A DNA stretch of 64,000 nucleotides from an uncultured Gammaproteobacteria bacterium (GCA_964558935.1 CAZLFP010000005.1:20667-84666), one strand, 5' to 3'. Shown: positions 28,962-38,742, counted from the stretch's first letter. Notes: generated by a model from the sequence alone, not told the origin. Numbers and translations: made by a program.

Positions 28962-29407
28962 TTGATTTAGACATTAATCGTCAAGTTAATTGTAATTTAA
29001 CTGACGGTCAATTACTTGGCATAGCCAATGTCTTTGCTCAGCTGGCTAAATTGAAAGGCAATAGCCATGTTTCATTGGCTTTGGTGACAGACAGGGAAAT
29101 CAGAAAATGGAACAAATTGTATCGAGGAGTGGATAAAGTAACAGATGTTTTGAGTTTTGTTGAGCAGGATTCGTTTTTAGATCCGTCGGTCAAGGATAAT
29201 TATCTGGGTGAAATTATTATTAGTCTTCCCAGAGCTAAAAAGCAGGCTCAGCAGTATGGATGTAGTGTAAAACAGGAGATTACCCGTTTATTAGTGCATG
29301 GTTTGTCTCATTTGGCCGGTTATGAGCATGAAAATGTTTCTGCTTACCGTCAGAAAAAAATGGAAAAATTGGAAGATTTGGTGATGGCTAGACTTGGATT
29401 TTTTTGA
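28958..29407 (+). CDS. ybeY: rRNA maturation endoribonuclease YbeY
   Basis: [11 protein letters not shown] zinc-binding motif; length of about 150 aa. ATGA overlap with the upstream surface-protein gene. Confidence 0.85.
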   Translation: MIDLDINRQVNCNLTDGQLLGIANVFAQLAKLKGNSHVSLALVTDREIRKWNKLYRGVDKVTDVLSFVEQDSFLDPSVKDNYLGEIIISLPRAKKQAQQYGCSVKQEITRLLVHGLSHLAGYEHENVSAYRQKKMEKLEDLVMARLGFF

Positions 29408-29519
29408 ACACATTATTTATTCGTTTTATTGATTATAAACATATTGATAGAATTGAGTCTTTCCTTTATAATAAATAAGTAACCAAGACATTAGGTGTGT
29501 CTTTAATTATCATAATCTC

Positions 29520-30767
29520 ATGTTAAAAGATAGTCTCATAACTGGCTTAGATATTGGATCTACCACAATTCGTATGGTAGTGGGTCAGAAAACCAAGAAA
29601 GATGACCGGCTTAAGATTATTGGAGCTAGCGAAGCACCGGCTCAAGGCATTAGCAAAGGAGTAGTCACCAGCGTGGAGGACGCTGTCTCCTCAATTTCTG
29701 ATGCCTTGGAAAAAGTTGAACGGATGATCGGCCAACCCGTGGAACATGCTTGGGTGGGTATCTCCGGAACGCATATTATTGCTCAAGAAAGCAAGGGTGT
29801 GGTTGCCGTTTCAAAAGCTGACGGAGAAATAAGAGCTGAAGATGTTGAACGGGCGATTGAAGCGGCCAGGGCAATTGCGACACCACCGAATTACGAAATT
29901 CTGCATGTCATTCCTAAGAATTTTTCAGTTGATTCGCAGACGAACATTAAAGATCCAATCGGCATGACCGGCATTAGACTGGAAGTTGAAACTCAGATCA
30001 TTCAAGGTTTGACTTCCCAGATTAAGAATTTAACCAAGTGCATTTACCGGACTGGTTTGGATATAGATGATTTAGTGTTGGCTGTCTTAGCCAATGCTGA
30101 GAGCGTTTTAACCAATCGTCAAAAGGAGTTGGGGGTGGCGGTGGTTAACATTGGGGGAGCCACAACCAGTTTGGCCGTATTTGAAGAGAGTGATGTTCTG
30201 CATACGGCCGTATTGCCCATTGGTTCAGAATATATCACAAATGATATCGCAATTGGTCTTAGGATTTCCATAGATACGGCTGAGAAAATTAAGGTTAGAC
30301 AAGGCAGTAGTTTGCCTAAAGATTTTAAGAAACATGATGAGGTTAGTTATTCTGAAGTGAGCGGTACGGAAGAAGGTTTTTTTTCCAAAAAAGAAGTGGC
30401 TGAGATTATTGAAGCTCGAGTTGAAGAAATCATGAACCGCATTGACAAGGAATTGAAAAAGATAGGTAAATCCGGCATGCTGCCAGCCGGGATCGTCTTA
30501 ACTGGATCAGGGGCAAAATTAGAAGGCATTGTTGAGACGGCCAAGCAGTCTTTAAGATTGCCGGTTTCCTTAGGCCAGCCTCAAGAATTGGTTTCTAATT
30601 TGGATAAAATATCAGACATGTCATATACAACTGCCGTTGGCTTGGTTTTATGGGGAGCTCAAATGCAAAAAGGAGGTGGCCTGGGTAAACTGCCCAGTTT
30701 GCGTTTTGAAAGCATTTCTAAAGCAACCAATCAAATCAGAAGTTGGTTTAAACATTTATTACCTTAA
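29520..30767 (+). CDS. ftsA: cell division protein FtsA
   Basis: Actin-like ATPase (GLDIGSTTIRMVVG); size 415 aa; adjacent to ftsZ. Confidence 0.85.
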   Translation: MLKDSLITGLDIGSTTIRMVVGQKTKKDDRLKIIGASEAPAQGISKGVVTSVEDAVSSISDALEKVERMIGQPVEHAWVGISGTHIIAQESKGVVAVSKADGEIRAEDVERAIEAARAIATPPNYEILHVIPKNFSVDSQTNIKDPIGMTGIRLEVETQIIQGLTSQIKNLTKCIYRTGLDIDDLVLAVLANAESVLTNRQKELGVAVVNIGGATTSLAVFEESDVLHTAVLPIGSEYITNDIAIGLRISIDTAEKIKVRQGSSLPKDFKKHDEVSYSEVSGTEEGFFSKKEVAEIIEARVEEIMNRIDKELKKIGKSGMLPAGIVLTGSGAKLEGIVETAKQSLRLPVSLGQPQELVSNLDKISDMSYTTAVGLVLWGAQMQKGGGLGKLPSLRFESISKATNQIRSWFKHLLP

Positions 30768-30768
30768 T

Positions 30769-31569
30769 ATGCCTAGAAAAAAAACCACAACTCGTAAAAC
30801 TCAGGTTAAAAAAAGTGTTAAAAAAAATACTACCTCTTCTGTCAAATCGCGAAGGAATCAAACCGGTCAGTTAAAGGATTTTCCAGAATACGTACCTAGT
30901 CCGCCGGTGAAATCACGACAGAGAGTGGGGAGAGTGATAATTATTACAGCTTCGACCACCTTACTGCTTATTATTAGCTTAATCGCCGCATATAATCTCT
31001 GGTATGCTCCATACCTAAGTCAACCTCAGATTTTAGGTCAGGTTGAATCTAAGGATGTACCGGCTGGTTCTCAACCCTTGGGAGTAGAGTTAAATTTACC
31101 TGAAACACCGGCACCCAGTCCTAAACCAAGTGATCCAACTCAAGATTGGTTAAGCTTCCAGAATCAGGATTATTGGCTAAAATATCCGGCTAATTGGCAG
31201 TTAAACACCTCAACCTCGGAAGTTAGTTTATCAAACGACTTGGCAAATGTTTTAATATCTATTAAAGTGGAGATATCCAATCTAGATCTAGATCAATACA
31301 TCGCTCAGTTAGATCGAACAAATATTTTGTCAACTAGAAATAAATATACTTTAAATACTCAAGAAAAAGGCGAAATAAATGGGCAATATGCTGTTGTTAG
31401 GCAGTTATCTCTGGATAATCAAGAGCAGGTAGTTACCTACTTGAAATCGAACAATAAAATTGTTATTATCAAGTTAACAGCAGATAGCTTAAATTTAGAA
31501 CTGAATGAGTTCTACCAGCAATTGCTTTCCACTTTTAATTTAATTGCTCAAGCGCCTGTTGAAGAATAA
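30769..31569 (+). CDS. hypothetical bitopic membrane protein between ftsA and ftsZ
   Basis: Basic cytoplasmic N terminus (MPRKKTTTRKTQVKK...), single TM (VIIITASTTLLLIISLIAAY), extracytoplasmic domain. No family recognised. Confidence 0.5.
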   Translation: MPRKKTTTRKTQVKKSVKKNTTSSVKSRRNQTGQLKDFPEYVPSPPVKSRQRVGRVIIITASTTLLLIISLIAAYNLWYAPYLSQPQILGQVESKDVPAGSQPLGVELNLPETPAPSPKPSDPTQDWLSFQNQDYWLKYPANWQLNTSTSEVSLSNDLANVLISIKVEISNLDLDQYIAQLDRTNILSTRNKYTLNTQEKGEINGQYAVVRQLSLDNQEQVVTYLKSNNKIVIIKLTADSLNLELNEFYQQLLSTFNLIAQAPVEE

Positions 31570-31587
31570 TAAATATCAAATCATAAT

Positions 31588-32775
31588 ATGCCGGAAATTA
31601 AACCAGAGATAGAAACATTCGCAAAGATAAAAGTAATTGGCGTGGGCGGTTCTGGTGGTTCAGCCGTTAATCGGATGATTGAATCTAAGATTAGGGGTGT
31701 TGAGTTTATTGCGGTCAATACTGATGTGCAAGCTCTGCAACATAATAACGCCAAGCAAAAACTGCATATCGGTCATAACACCACCAAAGGTTTGGGTGCC
31801 GGCATGAATCCGGAAGTTGGCATGCAATCTGCTCAGGAGAACATTAATGAAATTAGGGATTTGCTTAAAGGTGCTGACATGGTGTTTATCACTTGCGGTT
31901 TAGGCGGTGGTACGGGTACGGGAGCTGCTCCGGTAATTGCCACTGTTGCTCAAGAATTGGGAGCTTTGACCGTGGCCGTGGTTACCAAGCCTTTTACTTT
32001 TGAAGGTGCTAAAAGATCTGAACTGGCTGAAAAAGGTTTTCAGCAGTTAAAGGACCAGGTAGATACTATTATTACCATTCCAAATGACAAGATTTTAAAC
32101 ATTATCGATAAAAAAACATCTTTAGTTGACGCTTTTAAAACAGCTGACGATGTTTTAAGACAGGGTGTACAGGGTATTTCTGAATTAATTACCATACCCG
32201 GTTTAATCAATGTTGACTTTGCTGACGTCAAAGCCATTATGCAAGATGCCGGTTCAGCTTTGATGGGTATTGGCGATGGCAGTGGAGAAAACAGAGCGGT
32301 AACTGCGGCTAAAATGGCCATTTCTTCACCTTTATTGGACATTTCCATTGATGGTGCCAAGGGTATTTTGTTTATTATTGTGGGTGGTCCGAGCTTAACT
32401 ATGAGCGAAGTAAATGATGCTGCTAATGTTATTACGGAAAGTGCGGATGCCAATGCCAAGATTATTTTCGGTGCGGTGATTGATGAGAGTATGAAAGACA
32501 GAGTCAGGATTACAGTGGTGGCTACCGGTTTCGGAGACTACGAGCAGACGCCCAAGAAGACTTCTTTGGCTGAGCCCAAGTATTCTATGAATAAACTGTT
32601 TACCAGTAAACATGTCCAGGAAACACCGGATGACGATTACCAGCCCAAACCCAGTATTAAAACGGAAGAATCTAAGCCGACGAGAATAGAGACTCAAACC
32701 AAATCTCAGCCAGTTGTCAATGAAGAAGATGATGATTTGGAAATTCCCGCTTTCATTCGCAAGAAAATGAAATAA
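31588..32775 (+). CDS. ftsZ: cell division GTPase FtsZ
   Basis: Tubulin signature [13 protein letters not shown] and [13 protein letters not shown]; C-terminal conserved peptide [13 protein letters not shown]. Confidence 0.95.
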   Translation: MPEIKPEIETFAKIKVIGVGGSGGSAVNRMIESKIRGVEFIAVNTDVQALQHNNAKQKLHIGHNTTKGLGAGMNPEVGMQSAQENINEIRDLLKGADMVFITCGLGGGTGTGAAPVIATVAQELGALTVAVVTKPFTFEGAKRSELAEKGFQQLKDQVDTIITIPNDKILNIIDKKTSLVDAFKTADDVLRQGVQGISELITIPGLINVDFADVKAIMQDAGSALMGIGDGSGENRAVTAAKMAISSPLLDISIDGAKGILFIIVGGPSLTMSEVNDAANVITESADANAKIIFGAVIDESMKDRVRITVVATGFGDYEQTPKKTSLAEPKYSMNKLFTSKHVQETPDDDYQPKPSIKTEESKPTRIETQTKSQPVVNEEDDDLEIPAFIRKKMK

Positions 32776-32788
32776 AATATCTCATTTA

Positions 32789-32817
32789 TCTCACTGCCCA
32801 GGCAGTGAGATTTTTTT
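32789..32817 (+). terminator. intrinsic terminator after ftsZ
   Basis: tctcactgcc-ca-ggcagtgaga followed by a T7 run. A second hairpin (ccctcaca...tgtgaggg, 32826-32850) serves the convergent minus-strand gene. Confidence 0.7.
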
Positions 32818-32854
32818 ATAAGAAAACCCTCACAGCGATTGTGAGGGTTAAAGT

Positions 32855-33187
32855 TTAGGGGCCGAGTTGTCTGATCTGTCGGATGAGTTCTTCAGCTTCT
32901 TCATCGCTGATGCCAGCGGGCTGACTGTCATCAGCTGTTTCATACAGAGTCTGAAGTTGCTCTTTGAGAAAAGCGAGCACAATTCCGCAGATATGGTCTG
33001 CTTTCTCACCCGGACTGGATTGATTCAGCAGATCTCGGCATAAGGGCAGAATATGACCAATGACCAGAATTGGTTCATGACACTCCGGGCAAGGTCCTAT
33101 AACTAAAGGCTCGGGCGGCAGTAGCATAGTACCTTGAGCCTGGCAGTGGGGGCAAGTGACGACCAGGGTACTTATCATGACAACCAC
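32855..33187 (-). CDS. hypothetical small Cys-rich (CxxC...CxxC) protein
   Basis: 110-aa ORF with CPHC...CPEC pairs, suggesting a zinc ribbon. No family assignment. Confidence 0.4.
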   Translation of the reverse strand: MVVMISTLVVTCPHCQAQGTMLLPPEPLVIGPCPECHEPILVIGHILPLCRDLLNQSSPGEKADHICGIVLAFLKEQLQTLYETADDSQPAGISDEEAEELIRQIRQLGP

Positions 33188-33321
33188 TCCTTTCTGTTGT
33201 GAAATCTGGTTATGCCATTATCATACAAATTAATCTTAAAAATGTCAAGTCTGACATTTAGATTTAATATTTATCCACAGTTGAGTTTGATTTGAACATA
33301 AAAGACTGAAAAAACAGGTTT

Positions 33322-33350
33322 TTGACACTGGTTGGTTAAGCGGAGTATAA
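33322..33350 (+). promoter_or_regulatory. consensus sigma70 promoter for the nrdD-nrdG operon
   Basis: TTGACA, 17 nt, TATAAT. Leaves a 5' UTR of about 130 nt. Confidence 0.55.
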
Positions 33351-33489
33351 TATGAATATATCTCTACTGGCCTTAATGTTTGTGGTAAGGACTTGAATTA
33401 GAATTTATCTAAATATTTCTGTTTCAAGTCTATTTTTTTCTGATATTTTTTGGCCATCTCAGGTGACTAACTATTTTCTCATTCATTAT

Positions 33490-35535
33490 ATGGAGACGCA
33501 AATCAAACAAGTACGCAAACGTGATGGCAGTATTATTGATTTTGAGCAAACTAAAATTACTCAGGCCATTTACAAGGCCTTACAAGCTGTTGGCAGAGAT
33601 GACCAGGAATTGGCGACAAAGTTATCCAATGAAGTCGTGCAGGTTATTAACAGCAAATTCCATCCCAGGTCAATTCCAGCCATTGAAGAAATTCAGGATG
33701 CGGTGGAAGAAACTCTGATTAAGGACGGACTGGTTAAAGCAGCTAAATCTTATATCATCTACCGGGAGCAACATGCTCAGTTGCGAGACATGAAGAAGTT
33801 GATTAATTCCCATGATATTATTGACGGCTATTTAAAACAGTTGGATTGGAGAGTTAAAGAAAATGCCAACATGGCCTATTCTCTGCAAGGCCTTAACAAC
33901 CATGTGGCTTCAGCTATTAGTTCCCATTATTGGTTAAATAAGATTTATCCGCCGGAAATCAGGGATGCTCATATAGATGGAGCATTGCATCTGCATGATT
34001 TGCAGATTTTAGCGGTCTATTGCTGTGGTTGGGATTTGCAGGCATTGCTCAGAGTTGGTTTTGGGGGAGTTGACGGCAAGATTCATTCCAAACCGGCCAA
34101 GCATTTTTCCGTGGCTTTGGGTCAGATTGTGAATTATTTCTATACCTTGCAAGGCGAAGCAGCCGGTGCTCAAGCTTTTGCCAACTTCGATACCTTGCTG
34201 GCTCCTTTTATTCGTCAGGATGGTTTAAATTACGAAAAGGTGAAACAAAATTTGCAAGCCTTTGTATTTAATATCAATGTACCGACCAGAGTCGGCTTTC
34301 AAACCCCTTTTACCAATTTAACTTTTGATTTAGCCTGTCCTTCCACCTTGGCCAATGAACCGGTGGTGATCGGAGGTATTCCCCAAAAAGAAACCTACAA
34401 AGAATTTCAGCCGGAAATGGATATGATTAACAAAGCTTTTGCGGAAGTCATGATGGCCGGCGATGCCAAGGGCAGGGTTTTTACCTTTCCCATTCCTACT
34501 TACAACATTTCCAAGGATTTTGATTGGAATAACAAGGTTTTGGATCCGGTTTGGGAAATGACTGCCAAGTACGGCATACCCTATTTTGCCAATTTCATCA
34601 ACAGCGATATGTCAGCGGATGACGCCAGATCCATGTGCTGTCGTCTGAGATTGGATAACCGGGAACTCAGAAAAAGAGGCGGCGGTTTGTTTGGAGCTAA
34701 TCCTTTGACCGGCTCGGTCGGTGTGGCGACTATTAATCTGCCCAGAATTGGTTATACATCCAAAACTCAGGAAGCTTTTTTTAATCGTTTGGGTCAGGTG
34801 ATGGATTTGGCTCGAGACAGTTTGAAATTGAAGAGAGAAATCCTGGAGAATTTTACCCAGCAGGGCTTGTATCCGTATTCCAAGTATTATCTCAGCGATA
34901 TTTATGAACGTTTTGGCCAGTACTGGAGAAATCATTTCAATACCATTGGGATTATCGGTATGAATGAAACTTTGTTGAACTACATGAACAGGCCATTAAG
35001 CACTCAAGAAGGTCAAGATTTTGCCGTACAAGTCATGGATTATATGTTAAAGAGATTGGCTAAGTACCAAGAAGAAGATGACCAGTTATATAATTTGGAA
35101 GCTACGCCGGCTGAAGGTGCAACTTACCGTTTTGCCAAGAAAGACAAAGAATTGTATCCAGATATTATTGTGGCCAACAATGAGGCCTACCAAGAGAGGG
35201 GAGCTGCTCCGTATTACACCAATTCCACTCATTTGCCGGTTAATTATTCCAATGACCTGTTTGAAGTTTTGGAAAAACAGGATCCTTTGCAAGTTAAATA
35301 CACCGGGGGTACTGTGGTGCATGGTTTCTTGGCTGAGAGGATGCCGGATATTGAAAGTACCAAAATGTTGGTTAAAAAGATTGCTGAGAATTTTCATTTA
35401 CCTTATTACACTCTAACTCCCACTTTCTCGATCTGTCCCAAGCATGGTTATTTGCCGGGAGAGCATGAATTCTGTCCTTATTGCGACGAGGAAATAGGAT
35501 ATGTGCGTCAGCAAGATGAAAAATTGCCATTATAA
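33490..35535 (+). CDS. nrdD: anaerobic ribonucleoside-triphosphate reductase (class III), large chain lacking the glycyl-radical segment
   Basis: N-terminal ATP-cone (VRKRDGSIIDFEQTKITQAIYKA); class III RNR core; C-terminal CPKHG...CPYC half of the Zn ribbon; ends at TAA 35533-35535. The ORF is open from 33463. Confidence 0.85.
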   Translation: METQIKQVRKRDGSIIDFEQTKITQAIYKALQAVGRDDQELATKLSNEVVQVINSKFHPRSIPAIEEIQDAVEETLIKDGLVKAAKSYIIYREQHAQLRDMKKLINSHDIIDGYLKQLDWRVKENANMAYSLQGLNNHVASAISSHYWLNKIYPPEIRDAHIDGALHLHDLQILAVYCCGWDLQALLRVGFGGVDGKIHSKPAKHFSVALGQIVNYFYTLQGEAAGAQAFANFDTLLAPFIRQDGLNYEKVKQNLQAFVFNINVPTRVGFQTPFTNLTFDLACPSTLANEPVVIGGIPQKETYKEFQPEMDMINKAFAEVMMAGDAKGRVFTFPIPTYNISKDFDWNNKVLDPVWEMTAKYGIPYFANFINSDMSADDARSMCCRLRLDNRELRKRGGGLFGANPLTGSVGVATINLPRIGYTSKTQEAFFNRLGQVMDLARDSLKLKREILENFTQQGLYPYSKYYLSDIYERFGQYWRNHFNTIGIIGMNETLLNYMNRPLSTQEGQDFAVQVMDYMLKRLAKYQEEDDQLYNLEATPAEGATYRFAKKDKELYPDIIVANNEAYQERGAAPYYTNSTHLPVNYSNDLFEVLEKQDPLQVKYTGGTVVHGFLAERMPDIESTKMLVKKIAENFHLPYYTLTPTFSICPKHGYLPGEHEFCPYCDEEIGYVRQQDEKLPL

Positions 35536-35550
35536 ATAAAAAAAATACAC

Positions 35551-35706
35551 ATGGAAGGTGAATTAAATTCTAAACGTCAGCGGTGTGAAGTTTGGTCTCG
35601 TGTGACTGGTTATTTAAGGCCGGTCAGCGGATATAATCCAGGCAAACAAGCTGAATATTACAGTCGTAAGAAATATGCAGTCAGTAAGGATTGCGGTTCA
35701 GTCTAA
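35551..35706 (+). CDS. 51-aa ORF encoding the NrdD glycyl-radical domain (RVTGY motif), in frame with nrdD after a TAA stop
   Basis: Translation MEGELNSKRQRCEVWSRVTGYLRPVSGYNPGKQAEYYSRKKYAVSKDCGSV matches the class III RNR C-terminal Gly-radical consensus. Same frame as nrdD, 15 nt downstream of its stop. Confidence 0.6.
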   Translation: MEGELNSKRQRCEVWSRVTGYLRPVSGYNPGKQAEYYSRKKYAVSKDCGSV

Positions 35707-35708
35707 AC

Positions 35709-36404
35709 ATGAAAATCGGCGGTTTACAACCAGTAACTCTATTGGATTATCCTCAAAAGGTGGCAGCAATTGTATTCACATCCGGATGCAATCTACGCTG
35801 CCCTTTTTGTTATAATCCGTCTTTGGTCTTGCCACAGCTGATCAAAAAAAGCAATTTACTGGCTGACACAGAGCTGTTTAAGTTCTTAAAGAAAAGACGT
35901 AATTTTTTGGACGGACTGGTTATTACCGGAGGAGAACCGACTGTTCAGACGGATCTGGTGGATTTTTGTCAGCGAGTTAAAAAACTGGGTTATGCCATTA
36001 AATTAGATACAAATGGATTTTCTCCTCAGATACTGGATGAATTAATCAAAAACCGGTTAATAGACTATATTGCCATGGATATAAAAGCGCCTTTATCCAG
36101 ATACGCTGAAGTTTGCGGAGTTAAAGTCAGGACAGACGACATTCAGTCCAGTTTGGAGATTATCAAACACTCACAATTGCCGTACGAGTTTAGAAGCACT
36201 CTAGTCAAGGGATTGCATCGCAAAGCAGACATTATTCGGATGGCCAAGCTAGCTCAAGATGCCCCCAAGTATTATCTGCAAAATTTTAATTATCAAAGCC
36301 GGTTGGTTAAACCAGATTTTGCCGGCAAGTTCTTTACCCATCAAGAGATGGAAAACATGCGTCAGATTGTGTTGAAGTTTGTTTCAGATTGCCAGATTCG
36401 CTAA
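35709..36404 (+). CDS. nrdG: anaerobic RNR activating protein (radical SAM)
   Basis: Radical-SAM cluster GCNLRCPFCYN typical of NrdG/PflA activases; immediately downstream of nrdD. Confidence 0.85.
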   Translation: MKIGGLQPVTLLDYPQKVAAIVFTSGCNLRCPFCYNPSLVLPQLIKKSNLLADTELFKFLKKRRNFLDGLVITGGEPTVQTDLVDFCQRVKKLGYAIKLDTNGFSPQILDELIKNRLIDYIAMDIKAPLSRYAEVCGVKVRTDDIQSSLEIIKHSQLPYEFRSTLVKGLHRKADIIRMAKLAQDAPKYYLQNFNYQSRLVKPDFAGKFFTHQEMENMRQIVLKFVSDCQIR

Positions 36405-36424
36405 AAACTGGTATAGTTAGAGTT

Positions 36425-36751
36425 ATGGAAGAAGACAAAAGTTTTGAAACCTTAATCAATCAGGAACAACCGCCGGTCGTTAAGACAGAAGCGGAGGATT
36501 TAAAAGCTTTACTGGAAGCTAATCTTAAGTATAGTCGGGCCATTTATGCTGATGTGCAAAAAGTTCGTCGGTATATATTCTGGCGCATGGTGATCAATAT
36601 CATCTGGTTGATTCTGGTTTTACTGCCAATCATTGTCGCCATTATTTATTTACCACCCGCTTTAATGGGTCTGTACCAAAGCTACCAGGAACTGCTAAAC
36701 GATTCACAGGGTTCATTGGATTTGATAAATCAGTTAAACCAATTTCAGTAA
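36425..36751 (+). CDS. hypothetical small membrane protein
   Basis: ORF with one hydrophobic helix (IIWLILVLLPIIVAIIYL). Its stop overlaps the prfB start (TAATG). Confidence 0.35.
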   Translation: MEEDKSFETLINQEQPPVVKTEAEDLKALLEANLKYSRAIYADVQKVRRYIFWRMVINIIWLILVLLPIIVAIIYLPPALMGLYQSYQELLNDSQGSLDLINQLNQFQ

Positions 36752-37846
36752 TGCAAGATTTAGTTAACAAACTTAAAGATTTAAACGCAAAAATCTCTAA
36801 GACCTGGAGGTTACTTTGACCTGTCTGCAAAGCAGAAAAAGATTACGGAGTTGGAAAAAGACATGTCCAAGCCAGGATTTTGGGAAGATAATGTTACAGC
36901 AGCTCAAGTCAGTCAGGAATATGAAAGCATTAAATCTCAAATTAATGAGTGGGAAGCTTTAAAGCAGGAAGCTAGTGATTTAATTGAATTGTCTGAAGAT
37001 GAATCTTTGACAGCTGAGATTGAAAAAAAATATCAGAAGTTAGAGCAGCAATATTCAAAATTGGAGTTTGCTGTTTTATTTTCCTCCAAATACGATAACC
37101 AGTCAGCCATCTTGTCTATTCATGCCGGTACCGGGGGTGTCGATGCCCAGGATTGGGCGGAAATATTATTTCGGATGTATAGTCGTTTTTGTGATAATCA
37201 CGCTTTTAAAATTAGAATCATTGACCAAACTCCAGGCAGTGAAGCCGGGATTAAAAGCGTCACTCTAGAGATAGTCGGACATTTGGCCTATGGTTGGTTG
37301 AAAAGTGAAAATGGAGTGCATCGGTTGGTTAGAATCTCTCCTTTTGACGCGGAAAAAATGAGGCACACTTCATTTGCTTTAGTCGAAGTTTTACCGAATT
37401 TAGAAGAAACGACCGAAGTGGATTTAAAAGCGGAAGATTTAAAGATTGAAGTCATGCGAGCCGGAGGGCATGGCGGTCAATCCGTAAATACCACAGACAG
37501 TGCTGTCAGAATTACTCACATACCTACTAAAATTTCTGTTAGATGCCAGAATGAGAGATCTCAACTCCAAAATAAAAAGACCGCTTTTAAGATCTTAACC
37601 GGCAAGTTATTAAATTATTATGGAGAGTTGGAAAATAAGGAGCTAAAAAGGATTAAGGGAGATTATATGCAGGCTGAATGGGGTAATCAAGCCAGGTCAT
37701 ATATTATGCAGCCTTACCAGTTAGTCAAAGACCATCGGACCGGTTATGAGACAAGTGAGATAGAGCAGGTGTTGGACGGCGATTTGGATCAGTTCATAGA
37801 AAGTTATTTAAGATATAAAGTTAAGAAAAAAAGCAAGATTGCTTAA
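36751..37846 (+). CDS. prfB: peptide chain release factor 2, requiring a programmed +1 frameshift at 36814-36820
   Basis: Frame 0 runs from ATG 36751 and ends at TGA 36817-19 in the context AGG AGG TTA CTT TGA C. The +1 frame continues from GAC 36818 into the 331-aa RF2 body (GGQ motif GGHGGQ, SPF present). Confidence 0.9.
36806..36820 (+). promoter_or_regulatory. RF2 autoregulatory +1 frameshift site (internal SD GGAGG plus CTT TGA C)
   Basis: Sequence ggaggttactttgac is seen directly. This motif is conserved in bacterial prfB genes. Confidence 0.85.
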
Positions 37847-37853
37847 TCTTGCT

Positions 37854-38426
37854 TTAATACTCTTGCCACATCCAAGGTTTATTTTCTCTGGCCTGCATAA
37901 AGACGGTGTAAAAGTCTTCACCGGCCTGCCTGGGATTAAAGGTTGGGTAGTTGGCAGTTTCAAAGTCTGAGCGTCGGATGGCATGACCGAATAGTTCGGT
38001 CAGATCTTCATCCACCAAGGTGTTCAGTCTTTTTTGGTGGGCTCGTCTGGCTATTTTTTCCACACAATCCCATAGATGGAAACCGGCAATGCGAATGATT
38101 TTAGTCTTACCCAGTACTGCCAGTATTTCATCCGGATCTGGATAGACTGCCTGTAAACGGTGGGTGGCAAAGTCCAGATTGATCTGAATTACTCTGTCTG
38201 CCGGCTGTACTTGAACAAAGGGAGACACTTGGCAGTCTTGGAAAACAACGAAATTGATTCTAAAGCCTCTGTCCCGGTATCTCTGTTGGATACACAGGTT
38301 TAACAGTTGGATGTATTTGTTCTTGAAGTCCGCTGGATCTGCCGGCTGTCTTAAACTGTGTTTGTCCAATTCAAAATCTAAGATTTGGGGAATTGGGTAG
38401 AGAAAAACAAATTCTTTGTAGGCCAT
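37854..38426 (-). CDS. probable isochorismatase-family cysteine hydrolase
   Basis: About 190 aa. C-terminal stretch IRIAGFHLWDCVEKIARRA...LVDEDLT resembles the isochorismatase/nicotinamidase catalytic Cys region; FVVFQDCQ resembles the N-terminal Asp region. Confidence 0.35.
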   Translation of the reverse strand: MAYKEFVFLYPIPQILDFELDKHSLRQPADPADFKNKYIQLLNLCIQQRYRDRGFRINFVVFQDCQVSPFVQVQPADRVIQINLDFATHRLQAVYPDPDEILAVLGKTKIIRIAGFHLWDCVEKIARRAHQKRLNTLVDEDLTELFGHAIRRSDFETANYPTFNPRQAGEDFYTVFMQARENKPWMWQEY

Positions 38427-38635
38427 GGCATACCTCCCGTTTGAATTTGCATGCTTAGTTCATAATTATCCACTTTGAGTATAATCTCGTATTGATCCCT
38501 AAGATAGTCAAAAGTTGCTCTGACTAAACTTGGGTGCGAGATTAAGCCGTAGGTAAATTCTTTACCTTGAGTTCCGTGAGAGATAATCTGCATGACTAAA
38601 CCGCTCAGTTTGCTGTGAAAGGTAATCATCAGCAT
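38378..38635 (-). CDS. hypothetical 85-aa ORF overlapping the start of the downstream gene by 49 nt
   Basis: ORF only. Could be genuine, or the upstream part of a frameshifted gene. Confidence 0.25.
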   Translation of the reverse strand: MLMITFHSKLSGLVMQIISHGTQGKEFTYGLISHPSLVRATFDYLRDQYEIILKVDNYELSMQIQTGGMPWPTKNLFFSTQFPKS

Positions 38636-38742
38636 CGATTCCTCCTTTTTGTTGGTGATTGTTATATACCAAATGCAATTGTAATTGTCAATGTAATTTT
38701 CTCTTTATCTCTCTTTGATTCAGTACTTAGTATGCTGGAGGT

